Of a stretch of 64,000 bases of DNA, positions 10,054 to 26,824 are shown piece by piece (the first letter of the stretch is position 1; every line of letters starts with the position of its first letter). The DNA lies in assembly GCA_964016885.1 (NCBI GenBank), contig OZ024748.1:46934001-46998000 (forward strand), in the 5' to 3' direction. The position numbers and the translations under genes are program-made. The DNA is from Eledone cirrhosa. Taxonomy: Eukaryota. The notes beneath the pieces were generated by a model. That model did no database searches. It worked only from the letters and a program-made list of their open reading frames with translations, and was not told the DNA's origin.

Positions 10054-13000
10054 TTTCATTTCATTTCATTTCATTTGAGTTTGAGTCCATGCTCAGGCCA
10101 AGTCATAGACTCCACCCTCAGAGTCTGGTGTGGTTGCCAGGTTGGATTCTCTGTTTAATTTTGACATGTGTAGGAGCGAGTTTGAGTCAGTTTGTGCTCG
10201 TTGTGTATATCCTGGGAGATGGGGTTCATCTCTAATGGTGCTTAAGTATGTATCCAGCTGCAATTTGAATGATTCCACACTGCATCCTGATAGATTTCTG
10301 ACATGTACTGGAATGGAGTTGAATAGTTGTGCCCCTCTAACCAACAGACTTGACTCTCGCAGGGTTTTTGCTGCCTGGCCAGCCCTTTTGTTGATTGGTG
10401 GTAGCTGGCAGCGTCTTCCGTGGCGCAGTGAGTGGTAGGTTTTGATACCAAAGTTTGGCACCTTTTGCTCTATCATTTTCCAAATGTATATAATTCGGTA
10501 TCGCTCAAATCTTCTTTCTATTGAGTACATCTTCAAGGTTCTGAGTCTTTGCCAATAGTCCAGGTCCCTCGTTTCTGAGAAGTATGAGGTAAAATTTCTT
10601 TGGAGCGATTCCATCTTAGATAGTTGGCCCTTTGTTGTTGGTGACCACAACTGAGAACAGTAGTCAATCCTCGGAAGTACCATACTGTTCCAGAGGGTTT
10701 TCATTGTTGAGGTATCTCTTGATTTGAAGGTGCGCAAGATCCACCCGCTGTACTTTCTTGCAGTAAGACAGACTGAGTCAAGGTGTTCCCTGAATTTTAG
10801 GCTGGTTCCCATGTGGATGCCTAAATCTTTCACACACTGTTTTTCCATTATTTGTTGTCCTGATGGGTTTCTGTAGTTTGTTGTATTTTTCAGATCTTGA
10901 TCTGTTCCGTAGCGAATTAGTTCAAACTTCTTATCATTGAACAACATGTTTGTTTCCTGCCATTTGTATATGGTGGTTAGGTCCTTTTGTAAGGCCTCTG
11001 TATCCACCTCGTCTTTGATTTGTCTCATGAGCCTCGTGTCATCAGCAAAGGATGAGACGTTGCTGGTTGTATCTTCATCTATGTCAGAGATGAGGATGAG
11101 AAACAGGATCGGGCCGAGTACTGTACCCTGAGGAACACTGCTGGTCACAGGTGATGGTGTTGAATGGGTTCCATTCACAGTGACTGTTTGAGTTCTATTT
11201 GTAAGGAACTCATGTATCCATGTACCAACTTTTCCTCCTACTCCTAGCTTTCGAAGTTTGTGTCCCAGGATGCCATGATCTACCTTGTCAAATGCCTTGG
11301 CAAAGTTGAGGTAAATAACATCTGTGTTGTATCCACTCCCTAGATTTTCTAGGATTTGGTCATGGTGTGCCAGTAGTTGGGAAAGACATGATCTACCTAA
11401 CCTGAATCCATGCTGATTGCAATTCATCAGATTGTTGGATTCCAGGAACTCAACCAGTTTTCCACGAACTATTCTTTCGAAGACCTTGATAATGTTCGAT
11501 GTCAGTGAGATTGGTCGGTAGTTCTTTGGTTTTGATTTGCTGTCCCCTTTATGTATTGGAGTTATGTGTGCTTCTTTATATGTATTTGGTATTTTGCCAT
11601 TCTCCATAGATTCCTTCCATATCATGTAAAGGGGTTTCAACAATTGTACCTTGCAGTTTTTAAGTATCATGGCATTGAAACCATCAGGCACCGCAGCCGA
11701 GTGCATGGAGAGCTTGTCTATGGCTCTTTCTATGTCTTCTGGGTTGAAATCAATGTCGGATAGGGTAGGTTTAGTATGGTCGATATCCTTGAACAATTCT
11801 CCTGGGTCATGGATCTTCATGGTTTCAGATGTCTCACTGAAGACACTTTCATACTGTTGACCCAACATTTCTGCCATTTCAATAGGGTTAATCACTACAT
11901 CCCCATTTTGTCTCTGGAGAGGTCCTATTGTTGACTTGGTATTCGAGTATTTCTTTGCAAAACTATAGAAACATTTTGGATTTTTCTTGATGTTTTCTAT
12001 GGCTCTCTTTTCCGCATTGTTACGTTCTTCATCATAGTGTTGTTTTAGATTGTCTTCTAATCTGTATATTTGGTCAAGGACTTTCTGTAGTTCATGTTTT
12101 GATGTCAGCTTAGATGTTTTGTTTCTTAGTCTTGACCTTTTGCGCATCAGGATCTTTCGCTCCCGTGGTACAGGTTTTTTTGTGGATTTGGTTTTCTTAA
12201 GAGGAATATTTTTGGCACATGTTTCTTCGATCTTGTTTAAGAATTTCTTGTGTTTATCTGGCCCAGTAAGGTAGAGATCCCAGTCAATGATTTGTAACTG
12301 GTTGTTAATAGTTTCCCAATTTGCCTGGTGATAATCATACCTGCATAGCTTTGGCATGTCCTTTTGTTTAAGAGTTGTGGCATTGGGCTCATTACCAATG
12401 TGTAAATGTATTTCAATAATATTGTGGTCTGAAAGGATTGTTGGGGTTGAGTGAAGGTCAAATAGCATGTCCTCGTTGTTGGTGAAAACCAAGTCGATCG
12501 TATTATTATTTCTAGTTGCTTCTGTCATCATTTGTTTGAGGTATAATTTCTCTGTGACTTCCAACAGTTTGGCTGCCTGTATTTGTTCAGCTTTTGTCCC
12601 CAGTTTTAGTATGTGTCCATGTGGCCAGATGATGTTAGGGAAGTTGAAGTCACCAAGGAGGATAATGTCTGGCATTGGACTCGCCATGTTTCCCAGAATT
12701 TGTTGGAGCTTTGTCAGTGGCTCAGTGAAGGATAATGTTGGGCTGTTTGGCGGTCTGTACATTATTGTTACAACTGTATTAAGTTGGATGATTTTTATGC
12801 ACAGCAGGTTGCAGTAGGCATTTGATTCATTGATAAGTTCTATGCATGCATAGGTATCATGGATATACATGATAACGCCCCCATGGGATCTGCCTTGTCT
12901 ATCACATCTGAAGATGTTGAATCCATTGATTGAGATTTCGCTGTTGCGGATGTTTTCGTTGAGATGACTTTCAGTAATTCCAATTATTTTGGAGTTGTTT

Positions 13001-13592
13001 TCTGTTGCTAATTCTTCCAAGAAAGGGACTTTACACTGTTTTGTTTTCGGATAAAGACCCTGGATATTTGCTGTTATTATGCTTGTTGTACCGGATACAT
13101 CTGCCCTATTGTTGGCAAGACTGTTGTAGTTGCTGGGACTGCTGACTGGATATTCGGTCTGCTGGGCTGTCTGTATTTGTTGTATGTGCCCTGTAAGTCC
13201 AGGTGTCAGCCTTTGTATCAATGTTGCCTGGTTTTGCTGAGTCATCTGTATGGAGTACAGCTGTTGTTGTAGTTGGTAGATTATGCCTAAAAAACTGCTT
13301 TCATTCATTACTGTATCGAATTTCTACGAGTTTGGGTTTGTTACAGCTGATGTGTGCAATTGAGTAGCATGATTTTCATTCACTGTTGAGCCATGTCCTG
13401 GTTTCTGCATTTTTGGGAAATGGTTTTCATACCCTGCTGAGCTTGGTCCTGGTGGTGTGGGTTCAGTAGTTTTTTATGCGAATTGTACCCTTCCGGTGCA
13501 TAAATTTGCAATTCTCGTCAAAACATTCTTTTTTTCTCAGCGAATTGCGGCACATCTTTGGGTGAAGGAGTTCACATTCTCGGCCATTTTGG
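10052..13592 (-). mobile_element. CR1/L2-group LINE, 5'-truncated inside ORF1, (AAATG)n 3' tail
   Basis: ORF2 below. ORF1 C-terminal Cys/His remnant CELLHPKMCRNSLRKKECFDENCKFMH at ~13490-13580. (CATTT)n on + strand at 10052-10076. Microsatellites on both flanks. Confidence 0.9.
10093..13308 (-). CDS. LINE ORF2: APE endonuclease + reverse transcriptase (1071 aa, open; motif A Asp reads Asn)
   Basis: APE: NIQGL, ITESHL, YRPP, LGDFNFP, IDLVF, SDHN. RT: NYRPISLTS, QHGFR, YLNFAKAFDKV, VPQGTVLGP, FADD, KDLG. Confidence 0.92.
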   Translation of the reverse strand: MNESSFLGIIYQLQQQLYSIQMTQQNQATLIQRLTPGLTGHIQQIQTAQQTEYPVSSPSNYNSLANNRADVSGTTSIITANIQGLYPKTKQCKVPFLEELATENNSKIIGITESHLNENIRNSEISINGFNIFRCDRQGRSHGGVIMYIHDTYACIELINESNAYCNLLCIKIIQLNTVVTIMYRPPNSPTLSFTEPLTKLQQILGNMASPMPDIILLGDFNFPNIIWPHGHILKLGTKAEQIQAAKLLEVTEKLYLKQMMTEATRNNNTIDLVFTNNEDMLFDLHSTPTILSDHNIIEIHLHIGNEPNATTLKQKDMPKLCRYDYHQANWETINNQLQIIDWDLYLTGPDKHKKFLNKIEETCAKNIPLKKTKSTKKPVPRERKILMRKRSRLRNKTSKLTSKHELQKVLDQIYRLEDNLKQHYDEERNNAEKRAIENIKKNPKCFYSFAKKYSNTKSTIGPLQRQNGDVVINPIEMAEMLGQQYESVFSETSETMKIHDPGELFKDIDHTKPTLSDIDFNPEDIERAIDKLSMHSAAVPDGFNAMILKNCKVQLLKPLYMIWKESMENGKIPNTYKEAHITPIHKGDSKSKPKNYRPISLTSNIIKVFERIVRGKLVEFLESNNLMNCNQHGFRLGRSCLSQLLAHHDQILENLGSGYNTDVIYLNFAKAFDKVDHGILGHKLRKLGVGGKVGTWIHEFLTNRTQTVTVNGTHSTPSPVTSSVPQGTVLGPILFLILISDIDEDTTSNVSSFADDTRLMRQIKDEVDTEALQKDLTTIYKWQETNMLFNDKKFELIRYGTDQDLKNTTNYRNPSGQQIMEKQCVKDLGIHMGTSLKFREHLDSVCLTARKYSGWILRTFKSRDTSTMKTLWNSMVLPRIDYCSQLWSPTTKGQLSKMESLQRNFTSYFSETRDLDYWQRLRTLKMYSIERRFERYRIIYIWKMIEQKVPNFGIKTYHSLRHGRRCQLPPINKRAGQAAKTLRESSLLVRGAQLFNSIPVHVRNLSGCSVESFKLQLDTYLSTIRDEPHLPGYTQRAQTDSNSLLHMSKLNRESNLATTPDSEGGVYDLA

Positions 13593-13837
13593 CATACATG
13601 CATATATGTGCGTATGGATATGTATGTGTATATGCGTGTGTATGTATGTGTGTCTGTGTATATATACATGCGCGTATGTATAGAGCCCTTTGTGTTTGTA
13701 TGTATGTGTATGTGTATGTATACATATTTATATGTGTGTGTGTGTGTGAGTGTGTGTACATATATGGGTGCGTATATATTTGTGTATATGAGTATGGAGA
13801 GATATGCTTGTGTGTATATATAGTTTTTACGTTATTT

Positions 13838-13935
13838 TAACTTTGCCTTTCATCCTTACGGGGTCGATAGAATAAAGTACCAGTAATGTACTGGGTAATA
13901 GCTGGCCTTGTGCTTAAAGTAGAAACAGTTATTAT
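13838..13935 (+). mobile_element. 5'-truncated SINE
   Basis: Core and 3' end match the family. Confidence 0.85.
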
Positions 13936-14780
13936 TGAGTACATGTGTGAGTGTGCGCCTGTGTGTGCACATATGTGAGCAAAAGACCACACGTTTTATG
14001 TGTCTGTTCGTATTTCCATGTAGACGCACATAGGCTTATGTGAGAAAGTATACGTCTACGTACTATTACGTATAAGCGCGTTGTTGAGTGTGTGTATGTT
14101 TATGTTCTGGATATTTATTTATATATTTGTTTTCCCCTAAATCCTTTTTGCCCGTTTTTTCAGCCTCACTTTCATATTTCCTAAATTTTGTTTTCAAATC
14201 CATATTTAATAAAAACACCATGTTATCCCATTCATTCTGTCGACTGAAGACAGATATAAATATCTGCCTTCAAGAAACCACTGGTAAATGAAATAATTAT
14301 CTTATGTTGTTTATTACATAACTATATATATATAGTAGCCAACAGATAAGAGATTGACCATTTTCAAAACGATATATCGGCTTTCTTTGTTTATATCGAT
14401 TAAGGTATTTTAATATTGAGATGTTGATGCAAAGGGTATAAAAGTAGTTTTATTTCGAATTGATATAGTGATTATACCAAACTACCTGGTAATTATGTCC
14501 AAAGAAATATTTAAAATAAACACTATATAATCGATATAATGTGACACAATCGATTTATTGAAAATGCTATTAGAATTATTTAAGTTGTAATGTTCAACAT
14601 AAATTGTTTCCTAAAATTATGGTTTGTTTATTTACCTCTAGTATATGTCTAGAAGTTATAAAATAGTGGACAAAACAAAATCAAAATAGCGGAAATAAGA
14701 AATAAAAACGCTACAATTGAAATAAAAAAATAAAAAAAATACAAACGATAGTAAAATACGAAAACAGAAATTGTTAGAAA

Positions 14781-15510
14781 TAATAATTATTTCTGATTTT
14801 GGTACAAGGCCAGAAATTATTCCAGTGTATTACTGGTAATTTATTTTATCACCCCGTAAGGATGAAAGGCAAATTTACCTTCTGTGGGATTTGAACTCAA
14901 ACCGTAAAAGGCCGTGACTATGCTGCAAAGCATGGCATCCGACACACTTCCGATACTGTTAATCCACCATCCTTGTGGGTTGTTAGAAATAATAATAATA
15001 ATTGTTTCTACTTTAGGCACAAGGCCAGCAATTACCCAGTGTATTACTGGTACTTTATTTTATCGACCCTGTAAGGATGAAAGGCAAAGTCAACCTCGGC
15101 GGGATTTGAACTCAGATCGTAAAGGGACGTAACTATGCTGGAAAACATGGCGTCCGACCCTCCACCGATACTGCCAATCCACCGCCCTCAAACGAAATAA
15201 TAATAATAATGATTTCTACTATGGGCACAAGGCCAGCAATTTTGGAGGAAATCGACCTCAGTGCATCACTGGTGCTTTATTTTATGGATTCTGTAAGCAT
15301 GAAAGGCAAACCTAACCTCGATGGGATTTTAACTCAGAACGTAAGGGGCCATATCTATGCTGCCAAACCACCGTCCTTCAACCAATAATCATTCTTCCTA
15401 GATTGTGAGGGAAAGGAAACTTCAACTATGGCGACCACGGTACTTAACTGTTACTGTATTTTATCCACCCCACAAGAATGAAAGGTAAAGTTACACATGG
15501 TGGGATTTGA
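14781..15510 (-). mobile_element. Cluster of four co-oriented SINE copies (~14781-14972, 15000-15187, 15210-15375, 15400-15510)
   Basis: Repeated GATGAAAGGCAAA..GGGATTTGAACTC blocks of differing divergence, mostly separated by (AAT)n. Confidence 0.85.
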
Positions 15511-16319
15511 ATGATTATGTTGATAATGATGATGGTTATGATGTTGACGGTATTAATGATGATAGCTATGATGATGATAATGAACATCGTGGAGTTTGTA
15601 TTACTGCTTCAAACAGCCAAAATAATAATGACTAATTTGGTTTTAAAATTAAAACAACAACAACAACGACAACGGCAACAACAACGATGACGACAACGAC
15701 AACGACAACAACAACAACAACAACAACAATAATGATAATAAGGCCTGTAAGGCGATTTATTTTAATGTTAAATTTAGATGAGATATAGAGTGCTGAGCTA
15801 AATTGAAAATAAATTTGTTTTTCCATTTGTTTTCGTGATTTTGAAATAATGGAAAGATAAAATCAAGGAAATGGTAAATACTGTAGCGAATCTCTGTGAA
15901 AGCTGAGATTGTGTTCTCTTAAAATATTTTAAAATTAGCTGCATTTTAGTTCGAAATGGACAGATTTTAAAACCATGATTTCATGAATTAGAGTAGCAAA
16001 ACGAATTAAGGTAATGTTACTAATGTATGAGGTAAAATTTCATGAACCGGTTTCGAGTCTTTGTCGAATAATTTTTCCGTTTCTCTGTTTTGTAAATTAC
16101 CTATTACATTGTGTGTTTGTTACGAAAGGGAAAAGGAAAGAAAAATACAGTCGCATCCTGTCAGTAGACATCATGTGTGAATTATATATATATAAATAGG
16201 ATTTAGCTTCGAGCATAGCTGTATGCAAATATGTATATAGATTTCGTATTTCTAAAGAAACACGGTATGTTTAGATCGGTGGGATTTGACCTCAACGTAT
16301 ATATATATATATATATCAT

Positions 16320-16910
16320 TTTTTTCTAGGGCGGGTAAGTTCCCGAGATCCATGGACGAGTTCGCTTCAACTGTCCCTCATTATCGCTGCCATGTCCTGC
16401 GTCTCTAACAAACCAGTGTCTGTCCTTAGGGAATCAACATACGTTAACCTTGGTCTTCCTCTTCCAGTGTGTCCATAGGAGCACTGAGTGCAATGTCAAC
16501 GCTGGATGCCGGTGAGCATGTCCAGCTAACATCAGTCTCCTCTGTGTCACTTTTGAGCTGACTTTTGGGAGGCTCCCATACAGCTCTAAGATTTTCATCC
16601 TCAGTGTATACTGATTAATGTTCAGAGCCATCCTCAGCATTCTTGTGTAACACCCCTCCACCATCTGAGTGAGTTTATTGGTCAGTCTACAAGTCTCAGA
16701 CACGTACAGCAGCACAGACTCCACTACAGCAATGAAGAGGCAGATTTTCAGGCCTTTACGAAGGTCCGACTTCCACACCGATCTCTCAAGCTGTGGCACG
16801 TCGCCCAGGCTTTGCCCTTCTACTCAACTACATCATCTTCCGTATTCCCAATCTTTGCTCCCAGATACAGGAAGTCCTCAACCAATTCTAGCGGCTTCCC
16901 GCCCAGATTA
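16320..16910 (-). mobile_element. RTE-clade LINE 3' fragment
   Basis: VESVLLYVSET..GCYTRMLRMALNI..LAGHAHRH..LLW, then GRPRLTYVD in a shifted frame. Same family as 29676-29866. Confidence 0.85.
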
Positions 16911-16924
16911 GTGATCCCTACTCT

Positions 16925-17900
16925 GAGCCGGTGCTACAGTAAATATATATATGATCTTAGCCGTTCGAAGTGACTCATAGCACCTACATTCTACTTTCTT
17001 ACGTAAAGAATACTAATCTGAACAATGACTTGTCAAAATTGGTACCCACGTTGTCTATGCCCTGCGGTGTTCCCTTTGCGGATCTTTATATATCGGACAA
17101 ACGGGACGCCGAATGGTTTTGCCGAACATTTAAGGGACTTCGAACTCGGTTTAGATACTCCTGTCGCCCGTCATTTCTGTTCTTCTGGTCATTCTTCCCT
17201 ACATGTTTGACTCCTGGGTCTCCTTTTACATCATGTATCACAGGCCTTGCGCACCAGGACTGAACAAAGTCTGATTCACCGCCTTGGGTCTTATTCCCCT
17301 ATTGGACTCAACTCACCTCCCCAATTTCTCTAATACCCCGTCCATTATCGCATCCCTAGATTCCTATCGCTTTCTCTTGATCATTAGCAGCTTCTCTTAC
17401 AACTAATACATGCCGATACACACCCTTATATTAACATACTGTTGCTCATAGCTTCGTACTTACAGGCACAAACACTCTTTTACTCACATATACACACACA
17501 CACACATTTCTTCTTAGGTTCGTACGGACCTATAATAAAACACACACACATACACACAAACACATGCTTACGCACGTGCTCAATTATAGCTCTTTTTACA
17601 AAACGGGTTTTTTTCCATTACAGGTAGATGCGCTCCATCATCCACTTTTCTAAAAAGCAAATCATACACAAAACGCCAGCACCAACATGAATGGACCTGT
17701 TATCTTTATCTAAAGGCTTTTCCAATTCCATCCAGCCCGTCCCCTCAATATATTTTATTTTTCATTCTTTCTTCTGATGAAAGACTAGCGTCCGAAACGT
17801 TAAGACCCTCTTCCTGCTATATCAAGCATTAACCTAATATATACCTTCCATATACTCTACCGATTGTGTTGTTATTTCTGTTTACCTTTTACGTACATTT
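16925..17900 (+). mobile_element. Neptune-type Penelope-like element 3' fragment (GIY-YIG remnant + pseudo-LTR)
   Basis: ~17044-17200 reads THVVYALRCSLCGSLYIGQTGRR / FAEHLRD..PVARHF..GHS. Hammerhead motif downstream. Boundaries approximate. Confidence 0.75.
17770..17805 (+). ncRNA. Minimal type I hammerhead motif of a PLE pseudo-LTR
   Basis: TCTT-CTGATGA-AAGAC TAGC GTCC-GAA-ACGT-T-AAGA. Confidence 0.65.
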
Positions 17901-17923
17901 GGAAACTCTGCTTCGTAGAGTCG

Positions 17924-18020
17924 AGACATATCTGAGGATCTTGCGATTTCAGAGTCAGGTTTGATCATTGTATCGATCATGCCTCGAGCTGGTCGACAGA
18001 GAAACGATTGTAATATGTCT
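17924..18020 (+). ncRNA. Type I hammerhead ribozyme with long stem II
   Basis: Stem I AGACATAT/ATATGTCT (8 bp perfect). Core CTGAGGA. ~62-nt stem II region closed by TCT/AGA with inner TGATC/GATCA. GAA-ACGATTGT-A, GUA triplet. Confidence 0.75.
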
Positions 18021-19336
18021 AATAAATCTTATTCGTCGCAGTACTGATTCTCCGTTGCTTATGTGATATTATACTCTGCTCTGTAAGAGCATCGAGTGCT
18101 CAAACGGCATACCGCTTACGGACGCTTTAAGCATCCCGCACCAATTATATATATATATATATATGTTGTTGAAGGGTGAAAGAAAAGAATATTGAATACC
18201 AAATAGAGTTTTAATATTCTTTTTATTAAAGCTAAATAAATATTGTTAACTGGAGTTCGCCTAAGTAACAGGAATCACTATGTAGCCTAAATAAAATGAA
18301 CACACACGTTGTACATACATACATATTATACATACATAAATATAATATATATATAAACTGAAATAGGCTGTGCTTTTGTAAATATATGCATATATATATA
18401 TATATTACATTATAAAGTAGTAAATATCTTTATATATTTACATCATCTAAATATTTTTTTTAAATTATGTAATGCATACTTTTATCATTATATAGGTAGT
18501 TTATATCATTGAAGCCGCTGTTATATAACACTCGCCAATTATATAACCGTGACTTAGACATTATATATGACTGTTAAATAATATAACCCCGTCTTACATT
18601 TTTTTTAACACTCTCTTAAAATATATAACCTCTGTCTTACATATCATAACCCCTGTCTTGCATTATAAGCACTTATCTTTTACTTTTACAACTCTAGATT
18701 CCGGAGGCTATGAAAATCTTAATTGCTATTTATGCCGAAGTATGGAAGATTTTACCAATCATATCTCTCAGCCTAATCTCACCACGATCTTCAATTTCAT
18801 TCTATTAGATGAAAACATTGCTTCCATAAATTTATTATTGGTATTCTGGCGAATATTTAAAGAGTCGCATATAAGGTTGTTGTATAATATATGTCTGGTT
18901 TATTACTATGAAGTGTCTTTATCTAATCTCTGTAAATTATTACGAAATATCGAATATTACATCATTATATTTTCATGTTGCAGACATGAATCACAACATT
19001 TATCTTTAAGCAAGTCACGAAAACGACAAACTCCGTTGAACCAATGTTACGTGTGAAATCTGGTGTCTTAGAATTCGTCAGCGAAACAAAGGATTTACAG
19101 AGAGATTCCGCAACAAAGCTCTTTTGCATTTTGTGAAAAACTAAAGATATGCTAACACCATGCTGTTTCTATAAATGTAATCTCTTGTAATTTATATTCA
19201 TTACGTCTGGGAGATTATTAATAGACTGACTAGTAATTCAGACAGAAGTATGTATAATTGAATTACTAAGCAGCATCATGAAGAGATGAATATAGAGGGA
19301 GTTCTGTCTTTCACACACACTCACTCTTTCTCTGTA

Positions 19337-19559
<223 letters not shown>

Positions 19560-20664
19560 GATAATATTGGTAGAAACAGTTAAACATGAATTGGATGAAC
19601 AATAACAACTCACATTCAGAGAGTAGATTTTATCTTTCAAAGAAAATGTCGCCAGTGAATTTAAATTCTCAGCACTCAAACTTCAATTATTTCTTGGTAT
19701 TGAAAGTTTAAATATTTCTTATAGTCACAAATCTGTGAGATACCGCGATTGTTTGTATTCTTCACTCTAGTTATATCAGGCCATATGGTTCCTCCAGTCT
19801 CACTGCAACATGCCATGTTGTTGCTATAAATACGTAAGATACGTAACTATAATATACGTAACACAACATACATATATAGCGTTTGAAGATATCCTTAAGT
19901 ACACGAAACTATCCACGTTTATACCTACATATGTACGTTTGCCTATCCCAAAATATTATGCTAACATTTTACACAAGGTAGATGTAACTAGATGAACTAA
20001 AAGATGATTTGGACACTGGTTGGATAGACGTGATCATAGATTTATGCACGTCGGGAAATAATTAGACCAGAATCGCCAGAGCGTCGGATTAAATGCCTAG
20101 CTATATCTTCTTGATTCCTATACTAATTCCTGATTCCACCGAGGTCTCTGTCGCATTCCATGCGTTCTTGGTGACAGAGTGACGTGAGCGATGATTTTTT
20201 TTTTTATGCCTAGCTATTTGGTCTTGCTCTCTGCACACCTATTCTTGATTCTGCCGAGGTCCACGTCGCCTTCCATGATATGGGACAAAAATTTTAGTAC
20301 AAAGCTGTGAAGTGCCCGAATTGTTTTAAAAGTGAGACAAGATGCTTTGAGCTATCAGTCGCAGATCTGAGTTCAAATCTCTCCACTTTCTACCATGTGT
20401 AGCGAGAAGCAGATAATGTCAGCTGTTCAATGAGTGATGTATACATTTCCCTTCGTATACATTTCCCTTCACAGTAACACGAACTATTGAACAATAACAT
20501 AGGAGAGAACAAAAACTAGAATAATAAAGACGACAGTAATAAATCTATCGTGACCATTTCTATATTTATTGAAATATGATAATATCATAGTGATGTCTAG
20601 GTGTTGTAACACTTGGATAAATTTGAGTTTAATGAAATAATTATATACATATATACACACATAC

Positions 20665-20723
<59 letters not shown>

Positions 20724-20903
20724 TATAAAATCTATTCATCACGCGCTATTGTGTTCATGACAACACATTTACAGAATGTATACACTCGTATATATCTATA
20801 TATTTCTATATCTATATCTATATACATGCACGTATATGACTGTGTGCAAAAGTCTATATATACTTGCAGGTTCTGTGATCACCAGTTCAAAAGTGTATAT
20901 ATA

Positions 20904-20939
<36 letters not shown>

Positions 20940-21081
20940 CATACCCACACATACATACACACATATAAACCACTTACATATATATGCATACACACACACA
21001 AATAAATACATACATAAATACACACACACACACACATACACACATATATATATATATATCAACCAACCATCTTGTATGTGT

Positions 21082-22660
<1,579 letters not shown>

Positions 22661-22969
22661 AATGGAATTGATTTCATGATCAACACTAATAAACAGGTAA
22701 GTTATTCAATTTTCCTACACTTATTATATTTTCGGACCAACTTGCGTTTCTTTACTCCACAGTTCTGTTTCAGCTTCATTTCAACCAACCACGTTTCATT
22801 TCTTTCAAATATGGCTTCTACTTACATTTCAAGCAATTATTAGATCCGAGACTTTTACGTATCTGTTTTAAATAAATCGATTTAATGGTTAGATCGAAAG
22901 AGAAACCTATAAATACACACAAAGACATACACATATATATGTGTCTGCTCATATGTAAAGATATGGTTT

Positions 22970-22970
<1 letters not shown>

Positions 22971-23056
<86 letters not shown>

Positions 23057-23396
23057 ACATATATATATATATATATATATACATATATATACATACATAT
23101 ATCTATACATATATATATACACATATATCTATACATATATATATACGTATATATATATACATATATATACACACATATATCTATACATATATATATACGT
23201 ATATATATATACATATATATACACACATATATCTATACATATATATACACACATATATCTATACATATATATACATATATATATATACATATATATACAC
23301 ACATATATATATACATATATATACACACATATATATATACATATATATACACATATATATATATACATATATATATATATACATATATATACACAC

Positions 23397-23427
<31 letters not shown>

Positions 23428-23462
23428 CATATATATACACACATATATATATACATATATAT

Positions 23463-23507
<45 letters not shown>

Positions 23508-23548
23508 TATATATACATATATATATATACATATATATACACACATAG

Positions 23549-23595
<47 letters not shown>

Positions 23596-23598
23596 GAT

Positions 23599-23641
<43 letters not shown>

Positions 23642-23748
23642 GATACACATATATATATATATATATACACATATATATATATATATATACACACATATAT
23701 ATATATATATATACACACATATATATATATACATATATATATACACAC

Positions 23749-23779
<31 letters not shown>

Positions 23780-23892
23780 TATATATACATATATATATAC
23801 ACACATATATATATATACATATATATATACACACATATATATATATACATATATATACACACATATATGTATATATACATATATATATAAAC

Positions 23893-23937
<45 letters not shown>

Positions 23938-24013
23938 CATAATATATATATACATATACATACATATATATATATACATACATATATATACATATATACA
24001 TACATATATATGC

Positions 24014-24072
<59 letters not shown>

Positions 24073-24136
24073 CATACATATATATATACATACATATATA
24101 TATACATACATATACATACATGTACATATACATACA

Positions 24137-24170
<34 letters not shown>

Positions 24171-24266
24171 CATACATATACATACATACATATACATACA
24201 TACATACATACATATACACGCATACATATACATACATATACATACACATATATATATATATATACA

Positions 24267-24340
<74 letters not shown>

Positions 24341-24364
24341 TATATATATATAGAGAGATATACA

Positions 24365-24412
<48 letters not shown>

Positions 24413-24430
24413 TTTTATATTTATATATAC
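22971..24430. repeat. ~1.5-kb (TA)/(CA) array
   Basis: Direct reading. Confidence 0.95.
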
Positions 24431-25122
24431 TCTTGGCGCAGCAGATTTGAAAAAAATTCCCGGTATAAGGTTAGCATTTCTTTGTTTATTTTTTATATAT
24501 GAATATTGATTGTTCCTTATATCTCATTCTGTTATTTTGCCCGAGAAAATATCTGTGTGTGTCATCAAATGTTGTACACACATAGATATTTTTTCAATTT
24601 ACAATTGAGTTCTTAGCACGTGGCCTGAATTCCTTTCAGAGTTCATTGTCACGCGCATGTATTCTTTTTTTTGGCGGTAATTCACTTCCTCATATTTTGA
24701 ATCATTTCGAGCAGTTCATTCAGAACTGCTGGACTGGCAACCTGACAGATACCTCAGGCACAGAAAGTGATTTTCGCTAAATGCTGATGTTGGTTAGATT
24801 ATCAATATTAGTATTATTGGGGCACCCACTGATGAATTATAGGAGCCCACTTGAATATATATCTATTGATGGTATACAAGCTCCTACATAAATTGGTATA
24901 ATTTCACCCAAATTGTAGGAATCCTATAATGAAACGAGACGTCCGTCTGGGAAGAGATATATTAGATATATCTCATATGAAATGATACAGCCAACTTTCC
25001 ACGCAATACTTCTAGTTAGCACCCCGAACACATTATTGGGAATATAATCACTTATTTCCTAATGTTTGTTGAGTGAGTTGGAATTTGACCGGAGTATCGC
25101 TAAAAAGCTGTCTCCGATATTG

Positions 25123-26478
<1,356 letters not shown>

Positions 26479-26479
26479 G

Positions 26480-26613
26480 AGAGATATACATATATACATA
26501 CATATAATATACATATATATATACACATATATATATATACAGTATATATATATATATACAGTATATATATATATACAGTATATATATATATATACAGTAT
26601 ATATATATATACA

Positions 26614-26659
<46 letters not shown>

Positions 26660-26717
26660 CTATATACAGTATATATATATATATATCCATATATATATAC
26701 ACACATACCTATATACA

Positions 26718-26755
<38 letters not shown>

Positions 26756-26784
26756 ATATATATATACACACATACCTATATACA

Positions 26785-26824
<40 letters not shown>

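Noticed and set aside
10130-12817. Plus-strand ORFs overlapping the LINE
   Set aside because: Antisense shadow frames of ORF2.
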